From: a virus
Taxonomy: Duplodnaviria > Caudoviricetes
Virus record (IMG/VR): IMGVR_UViG_3300025018_000001
DNA length: 64,000 nucleotides
Strand: one strand, 5' to 3'
Under the pieces are notes generated by a model. That model saw only the letters and a program-made list of their open reading frames with translations, had not been told where the DNA came from and did not search any database. Made by a program: the position numbers and the translations under genes. Position 1 is the first letter of the stretch; each line of letters begins with the position of its first letter. Of the stretch, positions 25,461 through 35,950 are shown in pieces.

Positions 25461-25748
25461 TTAAGACGTTACTATTTTAATAAGTTGATCATGAAACTGA
25501 CTACTTTCTGTACTACATAAATTAGTCATCTCATGTTCTATAACAGCTTTTTTATTAGATAAGGATTTAATTTTACCTTTCATAAGCCCCCTATAATGGA
25601 TCTGCATAAAAACCACTTCATCTCCTATATTAAGCTCACTACCTAGAAAATCTTTTTTCATTTCTGCCACCTCATTCACACTACATTCTACAAATCTTAT
25701 TGGAAATAACTTTCGCCACAATCTTATAAATATATTTCTTTCAGGCAT
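25461..25748 (-). CDS. hypothetical protein
   Basis: ORF track. Confidence 0.55.
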   Translation of the reverse strand: MPERNIFIRLWRKLFPIRFVECSVNEVAEMKKDFLGSELNIGDEVVFMQIHYRGLMKGKIKSLSNKKAVIEHEMTNLCSTESSQFHDQLIKIVTS

Positions 25749-25871
25749 TATTATTTCGGCAAAATCACCATTTAGTTTCTCATTAAGATGTGTTGGTTAA
25801 AAGCTATTTCCCAATAGTTATTACCAAGTCTTCTGAATCTGATTACCTTCATGACAACCTCTTATTTAATT

Positions 25872-26729
25872 TTACGATACAAACACTATCCCATCGCATA
25901 CTTGGTCTTCACTTGTTATTGTAATAACCTCCTTCTCTAAAGGTTTAATTTTAATATAATGATCAGAAAATTTTACAGGCATAAAGCCTAAAAAAGCATC
26001 AGTCGAAAATAAGAACTTACCATCCCAAAACCATGTTTCATTTTTGTCTTTCTTTGGTTGCAGCATAGTGCCAGGTTTTAGTGAAGATAGTAAAGCTTTT
26101 CTACCTATGTTACTAAAACTAGTTATATAACTTTGTAAATTAACAGTTTTTGATACTTCATTAAATATATCTGGAAAAAATTCTTTTAGATGTTTAACAA
26201 ATAATGGTACTTCCTTTAATCTATAATCAGTAATCTCTCCACCAAACATAGCCATAGGTCTATGTCGTAATAACATCTCTATAGTTTTTACATTGAAATC
26301 TTTTTCATGTATAAATGGGCTGCCGGAAGACATGAAAGTAGCGTTAGATATAAAAGGTGCTTTAGATTCATAACTCATATGGGGATAAGGTAAATAGTAG
26401 TAATCACCTACCTTAGCTATTAATTTTTCAGTAGTTGTTAATTTGTTTAAAAACTCTGCATACCTAGTTTGTCTTTCAGAGATCCATGTTCTAAAAGCCC
26501 TAGCACGCTTAGTAGGCCCGTATTCATGACTTACCTTACCATTGGGACAACGGCAATTAAACATATCTTTTTGTACACATTTACCAAAAGAATATAGGCT
26601 GCAAGTGTCTTTAGAAGAACAAGAGTAAATCCAACATTCTGCTCTATCAGATGCTTTAGATTTAAAAATAGATTTAGTTGGGTCATATACACGTACATCT
26701 ATTATTTCATACTTTTTATTATCTACCAT
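25872..26729 (-). CDS. hypothetical phage protein
   Basis: 285 aa ORF with GGAG SD. Confidence 0.7.
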   Translation of the reverse strand: MVDNKKYEIIDVRVYDPTKSIFKSKASDRAECWIYSCSSKDTCSLYSFGKCVQKDMFNCRCPNGKVSHEYGPTKRARAFRTWISERQTRYAEFLNKLTTTEKLIAKVGDYYYLPYPHMSYESKAPFISNATFMSSGSPFIHEKDFNVKTIEMLLRHRPMAMFGGEITDYRLKEVPLFVKHLKEFFPDIFNEVSKTVNLQSYITSFSNIGRKALLSSLKPGTMLQPKKDKNETWFWDGKFLFSTDAFLGFMPVKFSDHYIKIKPLEKEVITITSEDQVCDGIVFVS

Positions 26730-26761
26730 ATTATAATTCTCCTTTAACTCCCGGCCCTCTG

Positions 26762-26812
26762 GCGAAGCGAGCCAGCCCTTGAACCGGCTCTCTTTTCATA
26801 CCTACGAAATTT
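26762..26812. repeat. copy 2 of ~50-nt imperfect intergenic repeat
   Basis: GCGAAGCGAGCC..TTGAACCGG..CTTTTCATACCT. Confidence 0.7.
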
Positions 26813-26975
26813 TACAAACTAAAATGGTATTTCGTCCCAATTATATGGCCTTTTAAACGCGAGTTGCTGTATGTGTGGGCATCTTGAGCATTTAGTAGTT
26901 ACTACCAATGCGTTGTTACCTGTCCATACAGGTTCTTGTAGTGTAAGTCTGTGACCAAATATTTTACAAAGTAAT

Positions 26976-27179
26976 TTAGATATCATAAAAAGGCTCCTTA
27001 GGGTGGTTACCGTAGTTTTTACACTTAGGATTTATACAATTAAATGCACCAATAAAGGTGTATTTTTTAAAAGAAGTACTACCACATACAGAACATAGCC
27101 TTGTAGGGAACGGAGACTCTCTTAAAAATCTTATTAATGGTGGTTCTGGTGGATGTTTCATAATATTATTAACTATCAA
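26976..27179 (-). CDS. Cys-rich hypothetical protein
   Basis: CSVCG...CINPKC. Confidence 0.5.
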   Translation of the reverse strand: MIVNNIMKHPPEPPLIRFLRESPFPTRLCSVCGSTSFKKYTFIGAFNCINPKCKNYGNHPKEPFYDI

Positions 27180-28110
27180 ATAAGTAACTTAAACTCTGCT
27201 CGTTATGAATACCTTCAATAGCTTCTGCAAAAAGAGTGGCTGAAGAAAGTACTTCTATCTTAGAGGATAATTTTATACTTGTATTGCATATAGTATCAGT
27301 CACATATAGCTTTCCAATTGATGACCTTTCTAAAGTATTTATTGCTTTTCCGCTAAGTACGGGGTGAGTACAATAACATTCTACGGAAGCAGCACCATTA
27401 TTCAATAACACATTAGCTGCTTTTACTAAGGTACCTCCTGAATCTACCATATCATCAGCTATAATACAGTTCTTACCTTTTACCTCACCTATCAAAAACA
27501 TTTCTCCTATTTCTGAAGGCCCTGTACGTTGCTTATATATCATAGCTACACCACAACCTAACTTACCTGCATAACTCTTTGCCACTTTTATAGACCCCGC
27601 GTCTGGAGCTACAATACATATTTCATTATTAGGGTGGTTAGCACTTATATGGGGTACAAATACATTAAACATATGTAAATTATCTACAGGGATATCGAAA
27701 AATCCAGCTATCTGTGGGCTATGTAACTCGGAAGTTAATAGTCTATCAGTACCTGCTGTCATTATTAAATTAGCCACTAATTTAGCTGATATAGGTACAC
27801 GTGAAATAACTTTTCTATCTTGTCTACTATAAGGGTAACAAGGAAGCACAGTGGTAACTCTATAACAGCTAGACCTTTTAAGGGCATCAAGTATAAGTAG
27901 TAACTCCATTATATGAGTATCTGTTGTATTGCTTGCACCCTGTATCACAAATACATCTTTGTTACGTACATTTTCTTGTATTTCTACTCTACACTCCCCA
28001 TTACCAAATGTGCCTGTCATTACAGAAGTTAAAGGGACACCCAATAATTCAGCTATGTTAGTAGCTAAAAATGGGTTTGAACTACCGGAAATAATCGCTA
28101 ATTCTTTCAT
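27169..28110 (-). CDS. prs: ribose-phosphate pyrophosphokinase
   Basis: F.NGE..V.I.ENVR..DVF, PYSRQDRK, LHSPQI.GFF, VAPDAG, DDMVDSGGTL. Confidence 0.95.
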   Translation of the reverse strand: MKELAIISGSSNPFLATNIAELLGVPLTSVMTGTFGNGECRVEIQENVRNKDVFVIQGASNTTDTHIMELLLILDALKRSSCYRVTTVLPCYPYSRQDRKVISRVPISAKLVANLIMTAGTDRLLTSELHSPQIAGFFDIPVDNLHMFNVFVPHISANHPNNEICIVAPDAGSIKVAKSYAGKLGCGVAMIYKQRTGPSEIGEMFLIGEVKGKNCIIADDMVDSGGTLVKAANVLLNNGAASVECYCTHPVLSGKAINTLERSSIGKLYVTDTICNTSIKLSSKIEVLSSATLFAEAIEGIHNEQSLSYLFDS

Positions 28111-28382
28111 ATTAATTCCTCAATTTTTTGTTTTTGTAGGTTGCTCATGTAGTTTTTAAGGTTATGCTTTGCTTCAGCAGCATAGTGTTCAAGTATAATT
28201 GCCTTATCAACCATAAGATTCTTAGTGGAAAAAGTGCGTTGAAAGAATATCTCCTCTCCTGATATCTCGTCAAAGGTTTTAACACGTAAAGAACATCCAT
28301 AATTCTCGCATATCACGCCAACAATACAGTCGTAACCTATCAGATATTCAATTCTTAAAAGGTCTCTTGATGTAATCAACAT
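28107..28382 (-). CDS. hypothetical protein
   Basis: coupled to prs. Confidence 0.55.
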   Translation of the reverse strand: MLITSRDLLRIEYLIGYDCIVGVICENYGCSLRVKTFDEISGEEIFFQRTFSTKNLMVDKAIILEHYAAEAKHNLKNYMSNLQKQKIEELI

Positions 28383-28424
28383 AATTGCTCTCCTTTATTT
28401 TTAAGTATTTTTTAATTATTACTA

Positions 28425-28453
28425 ATTATACATTATTATATAAAGGAAAGCAA
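28425..28453 (-). promoter_or_regulatory. sigma70-type promoter for prs operon
   Basis: TTGCTT-17-TATAAT. Confidence 0.6.
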
Positions 28454-28465
28454 GTAAAATGTTAA

Positions 28466-29329
28466 TTATTTATTTTGTCCCTTAAACCTGTGGTACATTA
28501 AAGCCTGATACCATTCAGTATGCCAATTACGATCAAAATTTGCCCTAGAGTTACAAGATCTACAAACTGTTATTAAATTATTAGGATCACAATTCTTTTT
28601 ATTATAATCTATGTGATGAATATTTAAAACATTATCAGTTTTAAAGCAGTATGGGTTCTGACAAATATTATTATCTCGTGTCCTGATGGCTGCTTTGTAA
28701 TATTTATCAGACCAGATTGGGCAGTACTTCTGAAAAGATAAGCCACCTTTCCAGTTCCAATGCCCTTCTCCACACTGTTTTATTATAGCACAAGTTGGGC
28801 ATCTGTATCCAAAGTTGAAGTTTCCTAAAGTAGTACTATGATTATGGCCATTAGGACATTTATATTTTAATTTGGAGTTACTATTTACATAGCTTTTGGA
28901 TAATAAAGTATAGCTCTCCTTTTCAAAAATATTTCGAACGTCAGTATAATTTAGTAAGACATTTCCAGCACATACACCACATCGTTTACCTTGCTGAAAA
29001 TTTGCCCATGAAATAGATGTATTATGTTCTTTATCACAGAGATAGTTTAGCTTAATATGTGCATTTATATATTTTTTAGATAATAAAATATATCCTTCTT
29101 TTTCAAAAGCTTCTTTAATTTGCTTGTAAGTCTTCTTAATTTTATTAGAGCAATAGGGACACCTATTTCCTCCTTGAAAACCGTGCCAGCTAATAAAATG
29201 CTTATGTCCATTACAACAAACATATTCAAGTAATTGCTTATTATTTTTATATTCTTTAGTTATTAATATAAAACCTGCACTGAAAAAAGCTTTGGCTATA
29301 AAAGCTATATTTAATGGTACCTTACCCAT
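28466..29329 (-). CDS. HNH homing endonuclease with repeated zinc-ribbon domains
   Basis: three C..GH.H...F..G.RC..C repeats; C-terminal IHHIDYNK.NC...NL..VC.SCN. Confidence 0.85.
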   Translation of the reverse strand: MGKVPLNIAFIAKAFFSAGFILITKEYKNNKQLLEYVCCNGHKHFISWHGFQGGNRCPYCSNKIKKTYKQIKEAFEKEGYILLSKKYINAHIKLNYLCDKEHNTSISWANFQQGKRCGVCAGNVLLNYTDVRNIFEKESYTLLSKSYVNSNSKLKYKCPNGHNHSTTLGNFNFGYRCPTCAIIKQCGEGHWNWKGGLSFQKYCPIWSDKYYKAAIRTRDNNICQNPYCFKTDNVLNIHHIDYNKKNCDPNNLITVCRSCNSRANFDRNWHTEWYQALMYHRFKGQNK

Positions 29330-29330
29330 A

Positions 29331-29894
29331 TTATTGTATATCTGCCATAGAACTTTCTAGTTTTAAATGTATACCAGTTTCATCTACTCTAAAAGTCTCA
29401 AACCTTACTTTACCTTTTCCTACTAAATCTCTAACTTTTCTTTGACTGGCACTTAGTTTTGCTTTACCAGACTTAAATTCTATAAAAATTATAGCATCTT
29501 CTTCTATTTGTAACCCATCACAAGGCCAGCCTAAAAAATGAAAAGATTTGTGGTCATACATGTACCCGTTAGTAAAAGGTAATAGTTGTTCTGAAATTTG
29601 TCCTAAGCGTACCTCACTAGATTTCTTTTGGCTAATAACCGTATTATTCTTTGTCTTAAGCCTCTCTATGCCAATGTTTTGTGTATTAATTTCTGAACGT
29701 TGGCTTAGTATAAGATTTTTCTGCTGCTCAACCAACTCATTCAAATCTAATAACTCTGCTTTTGTTTGTTCAGAAAGCTCCAGTGCATTTTGTAACTTCT
29801 TGTTATTTTTGCTTACTAACCTTTTAAAGAATATATAACACAACAAAACTATAGCTAGTATAATAGTTATGTTCATAAGTGCAATTGATGTCAT
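29331..29894 (-). CDS. membrane-anchored Holliday junction resolvase-like (PD-(D/E)xK) endonuclease
   Basis: N-terminal TM, coiled coil, GQ.SEQL.PF...FLG.P.D...F.E.KSG...L...QR. Confidence 0.7.
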   Translation of the reverse strand: MTSIALMNITIILAIVLLCYIFFKRLVSKNNKKLQNALELSEQTKAELLDLNELVEQQKNLILSQRSEINTQNIGIERLKTKNNTVISQKKSSEVRLGQISEQLLPFTNGYMYDHKSFHFLGWPCDGLQIEEDAIIFIEFKSGKAKLSASQRKVRDLVGKGKVRFETFRVDETGIHLKLESSMADIQ

Positions 29895-29896
29895 TG

Positions 29897-30487
29897 TTAA
29901 TTCTCATTCCTTACACAAGATACGTAAGAAGTCATAGCATCATACCCTTCCTGCACACCCCTTGTTGTAGCAGCAAAAGAGAATGTAGACTTGGTTTCAA
30001 ATGAGTAAGTTTTTGCTGTTTTAAACACATCTTGATTAGCACCAATGAATACAAACTCCCAACCAAACTGCTCTTTACGTTGCTCAATCAAAGCCTTGAC
30101 CTGTGCAGCTGTAAACTCTTTAGATGAGTTCTCCTCACCATCAGTTATAACACATACAATAACTTTGGCTGGTCGGTCTTTAGCCTTCATAGCCAACATC
30201 TGCTGACCAACTTTGTTGATAACATTACCAAGAGTGTCATTCAAAGCTGTAGAACCGTTAGGTGAGTAGTTAGCAAAACTTAGTAAGCTAATATCCTCTA
30301 AAGGCTCATTGTCTGCAAGGTACTCATAAGTATTGTCAAATAAACAAACTGTAGCTAGTGCCTTACCTTTTATTTCACGTTGCGCTTTTACAAAATTATT
30401 AAAGCCGTCAATAGCTCCCTGCTTAATTGCTGACATGGAACCACTCTTGTCTACTACCATTGCGATAAATGTTAAATTCTTTTTCAT
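29897..30487 (-). CDS. vWA domain protein
   Basis: VDKSGSM, T.L.D, VITDG.EN.S; likely ATG 30487. Confidence 0.85.
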   Translation of the reverse strand: MKKNLTFIAMVVDKSGSMSAIKQGAIDGFNNFVKAQREIKGKALATVCLFDNTYEYLADNEPLEDISLLSFANYSPNGSTALNDTLGNVINKVGQQMLAMKAKDRPAKVIVCVITDGEENSSKEFTAAQVKALIEQRKEQFGWEFVFIGANQDVFKTAKTYSFETKSTFSFAATTRGVQEGYDAMTSYVSCVRNEN

Positions 30488-30492
30488 TGTAC

Positions 30493-30795
30493 TTACCCCC
30501 GTTGGAATATTGTATTTATTGTTTTTTCTTGCTTCTCTTTTAGTATATAGTATATCATAATACCTAACCATATTGCGTTGGCTACGGCTATAAAAATACC
30601 TCCTAAAAAAGATGCCCATTGACCAAGATGTGGATAATAATATAGATTCCATATGGACCAAGTACTAAAGAATGCCACAGCTCTCCAATCCACACCTTTA
30701 ACCTTTTTTTCTTTTAGTAAATTTAAAATACTTAGTAGTATAAATGGTGCACCTAGTAGTTCATAAGTACCATTTATAACGTCTTGCCAAGTCAT
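30493..30795 (-). CDS. small membrane protein (PQ-loop-like)
   Basis: three hydrophobic helices. Confidence 0.6.
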   Translation of the reverse strand: MTWQDVINGTYELLGAPFILLSILNLLKEKKVKGVDWRAVAFFSTWSIWNLYYYPHLGQWASFLGGIFIAVANAIWLGIMIYYILKEKQEKTINTIFQRG

Positions 30796-30817
30796 TATAA
30801 CCCCCCCCCCCTAATAG

Positions 30818-31519
30818 TTATTCCTGCGCTGCGTCCTCTTCATAGTCTAATCTTTTATGATATATATTAGATATTTCTGATGTCAGAATTTTCCTTATTA
30901 CTCTTAATTGCCCAAGTGATAATATATCTAACTGTTCATCCTCTATCATACCATTTATGAGTCTATCTATTGTTGCCTTGTAGTCATTTAGTTTTCCACC
31001 ATTAGCTAAGGCCCTACAAGCGCTTTCTACAACATCACAACACATCAATATACATGATTCTACCGAAGTAGGTTTGGAAGACCTATACTTAAAATGGTCC
31101 TCCACAATTACACCTTCGTATAATTCTTTAGCTTTTAGATATATAGATTTTATAGTACTATTACCATGATGCTCACTCACTATTTTTATAACTTCTTGTG
31201 GCACATCTAACTGTATCAACTTTAACACACTGTCAGACAAATGCCTAGATATAAACTGGAACGAAACTTGTGGGTCTAATTTGTCATGTGGATTTATACC
31301 ATTTGATTGATTCTCTATAAAATTATCAGGGTTTAAACATTTACCAATATCATGTAAAGTAGCTGCTAATATTAAAGCATCTGTATTTAAATCCAACTCT
31401 TTGGATAAAGGTTCACATAATTGTGCTACATTTTGGCAGTGTCTGAATGTACCAGGTGCTATCTCTTTAAATCTATCCAGTACATGTACACTACTTAGTA
31501 AAAACTCTTTAGTATCCAT
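30818..31519 (-). CDS. second stand-alone HDIG-type HD domain protein (PgpH-like)
   Basis: PGTFRHC...LHDIGK..F.ENQ...NPHD.L.P..S...EHHG...Y...P.S.E..ILM..D. Confidence 0.8.
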   Translation of the reverse strand: MDTKEFLLSSVHVLDRFKEIAPGTFRHCQNVAQLCEPLSKELDLNTDALILAATLHDIGKCLNPDNFIENQSNGINPHDKLDPQVSFQFISRHLSDSVLKLIQLDVPQEVIKIVSEHHGNSTIKSIYLKAKELYEGVIVEDHFKYRSSKPTSVESCILMCCDVVESACRALANGGKLNDYKATIDRLINGMIEDEQLDILSLGQLRVIRKILTSEISNIYHKRLDYEEDAAQE

Positions 31520-31586
31520 TTTATTGCCTATTATGAAGAATTATTTATTAATTACTGATATATTATTACCAGCCATTGAAGGTACC

Positions 31587-31615
31587 ATTATACCAAATAT
31601 ACAATAGAGTGTCAA
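31587..31615 (-). promoter_or_regulatory. consensus sigma70 promoter
   Basis: TTGACA-17-TATAAT. Confidence 0.8.
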
Positions 31616-31671
31616 TACTAATAATGCGTATAAATAAAGCTAATAAAATCCCTCATACCTGTTATCTTGGT

Positions 31672-32175
31672 TTAATTACTTAAAGCCACCTCATATTTTT
31701 TACAAGGTAGTTCACAGAATATAGATAGTTCACAAGCTATTTCTACTGCTTTATCTACATCGTGCCCTAAGTGGAGAGCAGCAAGAGCGAAGTCCATCCC
31801 AGCACCTATAGCAGAAAAGTTGAATATTTCTTCTACAAAGAAGCTCTGGACTCCGAACACGTGGCTATCAACAATAAATATATAATCATTGTTAATAGTA
31901 GGGGAGTTGGTTTTCTTGTTTTTCCAATCCGAGAACTCTGATAAAAAATTAATCAGTGCCGCTTCAGATGCTTGCTCTGGTCTACGTGTACTACAAAATA
32001 CATATAATAATGCACTCTCTTCTGCAGTACCTGTACTACCAATAGTCATACCATTAACTTGTGTTAGTTTAGAGTAGCTATTAGTTGACTTACTTTGTGT
32101 CCACCCCCGTACAGTAATACTATCGGAGGCTATTTCTATTACATCAGGTAAAATTTTAACAGCAATAACACTCAT
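31672..32175 (-). CDS. HslV/proteasome-like Ntn hydrolase
   Basis: N-terminal (M)SVIAV..ASDS; AIGAG..FALAAL. Confidence 0.65.
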   Translation of the reverse strand: MSVIAVKILPDVIEIASDSITVRGWTQSKSTNSYSKLTQVNGMTIGSTGTAEESALLYVFCSTRRPEQASEAALINFLSEFSDWKNKKTNSPTINNDYIFIVDSHVFGVQSFFVEEIFNFSAIGAGMDFALAALHLGHDVDKAVEIACELSIFCELPCKKYEVALSN

Positions 32176-32191
32176 ATTTGCTCCTTATAAA

Positions 32192-32725
32192 TCATAAGTT
32201 AAGTAAGTCGGTATAAATCTCATCTGAAGAACGGATAAGTTTATAAGGTATTTTATATTCTTCAAATATCTCAAGCATAGCATCATTAACACTACTACGA
32301 AAAGTGTCATCAGTATCCCTAACACCATCAACTACGTTCCAAGAAAAGAAGTTGGGATCTAATAAGTATATAGCCTTGTAATATTTTTTAATATGTTCTG
32401 ATAAGTAGTTAGCTTGTAGTAAACTAATCCAATCTGGTTTACCCACCACCCTACCGTAACATACAGAGTCTAATACACTTCTGTCTACAATTATATAGTC
32501 ATACCTATCCATCTTTTCGATTTCTTTTGTAACTTGTTTAGTAGATATCCATGCTTGAGTCCTATCATCCGCCTCCCTATTTATAGGAAAAGGGCTTTCT
32601 CTAGCTAGTTCATTAATTATAGCTACATTCTTACCTAGTTTCTTTAAGAACGTAGCTATACTATAAACTATAGTTGTTTTACCACACCCATGTGTGGCAC
32701 TCACAGCAATAATTTTTTTGTCCAT
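32192..32725 (-). CDS. P-loop nucleotide kinase-like (NadR/AAA_28 type)
   Basis: THGCGKTT; E.AR; VDRS.LD. Confidence 0.7.
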   Translation of the reverse strand: MDKKIIAVSATHGCGKTTIVYSIATFLKKLGKNVAIINELARESPFPINREADDRTQAWISTKQVTKEIEKMDRYDYIIVDRSVLDSVCYGRVVGKPDWISLLQANYLSEHIKKYYKAIYLLDPNFFSWNVVDGVRDTDDTFRSSVNDAMLEIFEEYKIPYKLIRSSDEIYTDLLNL

Positions 32726-32938
32726 ATAAACTCCTTGTAATACAATAAATCAGTTTACACTACTTTTCATATCAAGTAGTTTCCATAATTCAATATAACA
32801 TTCATTTTCATAAAAATTACATTCCTTATCTGAACACCAGACAGTCTGACTTTTTAGATCGTAGTTACCGTGGTCACTACCACATAAAGGGCACTTTGGT
32901 ATATCTTCTGTAGTATAAGTTGTAGTCATAAATTATCC

Positions 32939-33277
32939 TTAATTAGAATGCCCCATAGTTCTGGAGTATTTTTGTCTTCTTTCCTGTATTACCTTATCTC
33001 TTTTTCTAATACTACCAAGAAATTTTTGTGCACACCTAGCACAACAGAAATCTTTTGTTTGATATATAAAAGAAAAGGGCTGGCGATACTCTTTCACAAC
33101 CAGGGTTATCCACAAGAAGTCATTATCATCCGCGTAAAGGTCATTTTGGCCTTTTTTCGCATACTCATCTGTAGCATGGTAGCGTTCTAGTTCAAGGTCT
33201 TTTCGTTCATGCCTCTTCATAGATACATTACAATTATCACACACATACTTATCTGTCTTATAGGTTAGCTTACTCAT
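32939..33277 (-). CDS. hypothetical protein
   Basis: CDNC...CC.RC. Confidence 0.55.
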   Translation of the reverse strand: MSKLTYKTDKYVCDNCNVSMKRHERKDLELERYHATDEYAKKGQNDLYADDNDFLWITLVVKEYRQPFSFIYQTKDFCCARCAQKFLGSIRKRDKVIQERRQKYSRTMGHSN

Positions 33278-33484
33278 GGATAACTCCAGTATAATTCTTT
33301 AATTAAGCTTGGTCAAACTGTACATTTTCAGATGCACATTTAGTGCATGTAAAAACTTCACCAAAAGTCTTATGACCGTCTGCCTCTTCAAACCCACAAT
33401 CCATACAAACGGCTTTGATTTTTACTTCTTTCTTTTTAGCTGTCTCTTTATTTTGTTTTAGTCTTCCGTTAGTACTATACATTA

Positions 33485-34000
33485 TTAACCTCCGTTATTT
33501 AGTAGTAAAGGGTCTTCAGGCATAAAATCAAAGAAAGCTGGATCTTGAGACACTAAATAAGGGGCAGATACGTCTAAGCATCTGACATTTTCAGACGCCA
33601 AGTATTTATATTTTGGATCTTTCCCCCATATGCGTAATCTCTCAGTGATAATCTTCCTTCCAAGACCTTGCTGTATCATATTATTAAACTGTCTCTGATA
33701 CTTATATCTTATGTACCGTATGTAACCACTACGCATAAATTCCCAGATAATTTCATCTTTTTTATCAAGCATACTATCTGCTGTAGTTATAACTATATAA
33801 CGATACCCTGCAAATAGGTCGTACAATTTTTGCATTGCATAGCTATAATCAAGTGGGTCTATACCTATAATAACAATACCTAATTCACCCACCTCAAAAC
33901 AATCAGGTAAGTTACTACCTAATGGTACCCGCTTATGGGGTACCATGAAGGTAGTTAACATTATAGAAATCTCAGTTGGTAGTTCTTCTAAACTATACAT
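33485..34000 (-). CDS. hypothetical protein
   Basis: coupled to Clp-like gene. Confidence 0.6.
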   Translation of the reverse strand: MYSLEELPTEISIMLTTFMVPHKRVPLGSNLPDCFEVGELGIVIIGIDPLDYSYAMQKLYDLFAGYRYIVITTADSMLDKKDEIIWEFMRSGYIRYIRYKYQRQFNNMIQQGLGRKIITERLRIWGKDPKYKYLASENVRCLDVSAPYLVSQDPAFFDFMPEDPLLLNNGG

Positions 34001-35936
34001 TAGCTATTTCCTTTAAATTCCCTTTAGTGTCGCTTTCCAAGTAAGTAGGTGCCTTGCTTGGTTTTTTAGTAAACTTAAAAGTAACTCCACCTTTAGCTGT
34101 AGTAACTGTAACTATAGTATTAATAGCTGTAACACCCTTCAACAACTGTACGGCTAAAGGGGTAGATATATATCGCTCAATCGCTCTTTTCAAAGGACGG
34201 GCGCCATATTCTTTAGTAATACCTTTCTCGTATATGAACTCACAAACCTTTTTATCAAATAGTATTTCGATATCTTTATACTTAGTTTTGTTACTCTGAA
34301 GATTAGTATTCAATTTAAAAAGTTCTATATCAATAATTCTAAAATAATCCTCTTTAGTAAGGTCGTTAAAATAAATTACTTCGTCTAATCTATTTAAGAA
34401 TTCTGGTTTAAATTTTTGCTTTAAAGCCTTCTCTATTGCACGCTCTTTTTTATCCTCAGTAACTACACTAACGTCACCAAAGCCAATGGTTTTAGATATA
34501 CTAGCAATATTTTCAACACCTACGTTAGAGGTCATAATAATTACAGTGTCTTTAAATGATACCTTAGTACCTTTATTGTCTGTAAGTCGCCCCTCCTCTA
34601 ATACCTGTAAAAGTAGTTGATATATTTTAGAAGACGCTTTCTCAATCTCATCAAACACTACTACGCTAAAGGGATTTTCAATAATAGCATTAGTTAATAA
34701 GCCACCATTTTCATAGCCTTGATAACCATTAGGGGAACCAATTAACTTAGAATACTCGTGGTCTGCGGAATACTCTGAGCAGTCTATAGTAATTAAGTTA
34801 TCCCTATCCTTTATCAACTCATTGGCTAATATTTTACCAGTTAAACTCTTACCACAACCTGTAGAGCCAGCGAATAAGAAAGAACCTATAGGTTTTACAG
34901 GGTCTTTTAAACCAACACTTGCTCTTTGTATTGCTTCAGTTAAGCTGTTAACTACCTTATCCTGCCCTATTAGGGACACCTTCATGTTAGTAGCTAAATT
35001 TAATAGGTCTTCCTCAGGAACGTCAGCAAAGACTTTCTTCTTCTTGTCCACTTTGTTTGCAAATTGGTCCATAGCGGTAGCTCCTGAAGACATAGTTTTT
35101 TTTCCGGTACCACAGTCAGTACACTCTGACTGTTTCTTATCCTTATTAGAAAGCTCTTGTGCATTTTCATAAGTTAAAAATGTATTACAAGAATGACATA
35201 TATCATATAACTCTTTCATCAACAGAGGGGGCGACACTCTGGCAGGTACACCCATATTCTCAAGGGTCTGAAAAAGGACTTCAAAATCTTCAATGCATAA
35301 TGTTACAATAAATGTATTAAAACTAACACTGCTATGAAAAAAGCGATTACCAATTAGTTTTGCTAAATCCTTTTCTTTAAACACTTTAACTGAAACATAC
35401 CTACCTATACGCTTCCACCACTTATCTTTAGTATCATAAACAGGGACATCACTAACTTTTTCTATAGGGTTACCTTGCGCGTCAACAAAACCATCTACCA
35501 GTTCTTGGTCCGGTGTTACACCCATTTCAGGTATGTAATCCCATAAAGGATTATCAGCCAAAGCTATAGTATCCTCTGGGTCTGTAATCAAAGATTTTAA
35601 TTTTAAAATATGATTTTTATTAATAATAATATTGTCATAAGCAAGGCTAGGATTTTTATCCATAATGGCATTGATTATACTATTACGAAGCTCATGAAAA
35701 TCTAAAGTAGACGCAAGAACTTCTTCACTTATCTTATGAAGTATCTGATTAATATTGGCTACACATGTAGCAATTAAGTAGTCGTCAAACAAAATTTTAG
35801 CTACTAACCCATCATCCTTAGCAAAAAAGGCTAATTTATCTTCTATATCTTCTTCTTTGATTTCAAGAATGAGTAGATTAAATTCAATCAAGTCACAGAA
35901 AACTTCATGTACTTCATAATTAACATTGTCAGTCAT
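33993..35936 (-). CDS. Clp/Hsp100-family AAA+ ATPase (single D2-type domain, novel N-terminus)
   Basis: LIGQD, P.GSFLFAGSTGCGKS, IDCSEY, LIGSP.GY.G, FDEIEKA, MTSN.G, FKPEFLNRLD, GARPL.R. Confidence 0.9.
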   Translation of the reverse strand: MTDNVNYEVHEVFCDLIEFNLLILEIKEEDIEDKLAFFAKDDGLVAKILFDDYLIATCVANINQILHKISEEVLASTLDFHELRNSIINAIMDKNPSLAYDNIIINKNHILKLKSLITDPEDTIALADNPLWDYIPEMGVTPDQELVDGFVDAQGNPIEKVSDVPVYDTKDKWWKRIGRYVSVKVFKEKDLAKLIGNRFFHSSVSFNTFIVTLCIEDFEVLFQTLENMGVPARVSPPLLMKELYDICHSCNTFLTYENAQELSNKDKKQSECTDCGTGKKTMSSGATAMDQFANKVDKKKKVFADVPEEDLLNLATNMKVSLIGQDKVVNSLTEAIQRASVGLKDPVKPIGSFLFAGSTGCGKSLTGKILANELIKDRDNLITIDCSEYSADHEYSKLIGSPNGYQGYENGGLLTNAIIENPFSVVVFDEIEKASSKIYQLLLQVLEEGRLTDNKGTKVSFKDTVIIMTSNVGVENIASISKTIGFGDVSVVTEDKKERAIEKALKQKFKPEFLNRLDEVIYFNDLTKEDYFRIIDIELFKLNTNLQSNKTKYKDIEILFDKKVCEFIYEKGITKEYGARPLKRAIERYISTPLAVQLLKGVTAINTIVTVTTAKGGVTFKFTKKPSKAPTYLESDTKGNLKEIANV

Positions 35937-35950
35937 TAATAATGCCTCAC

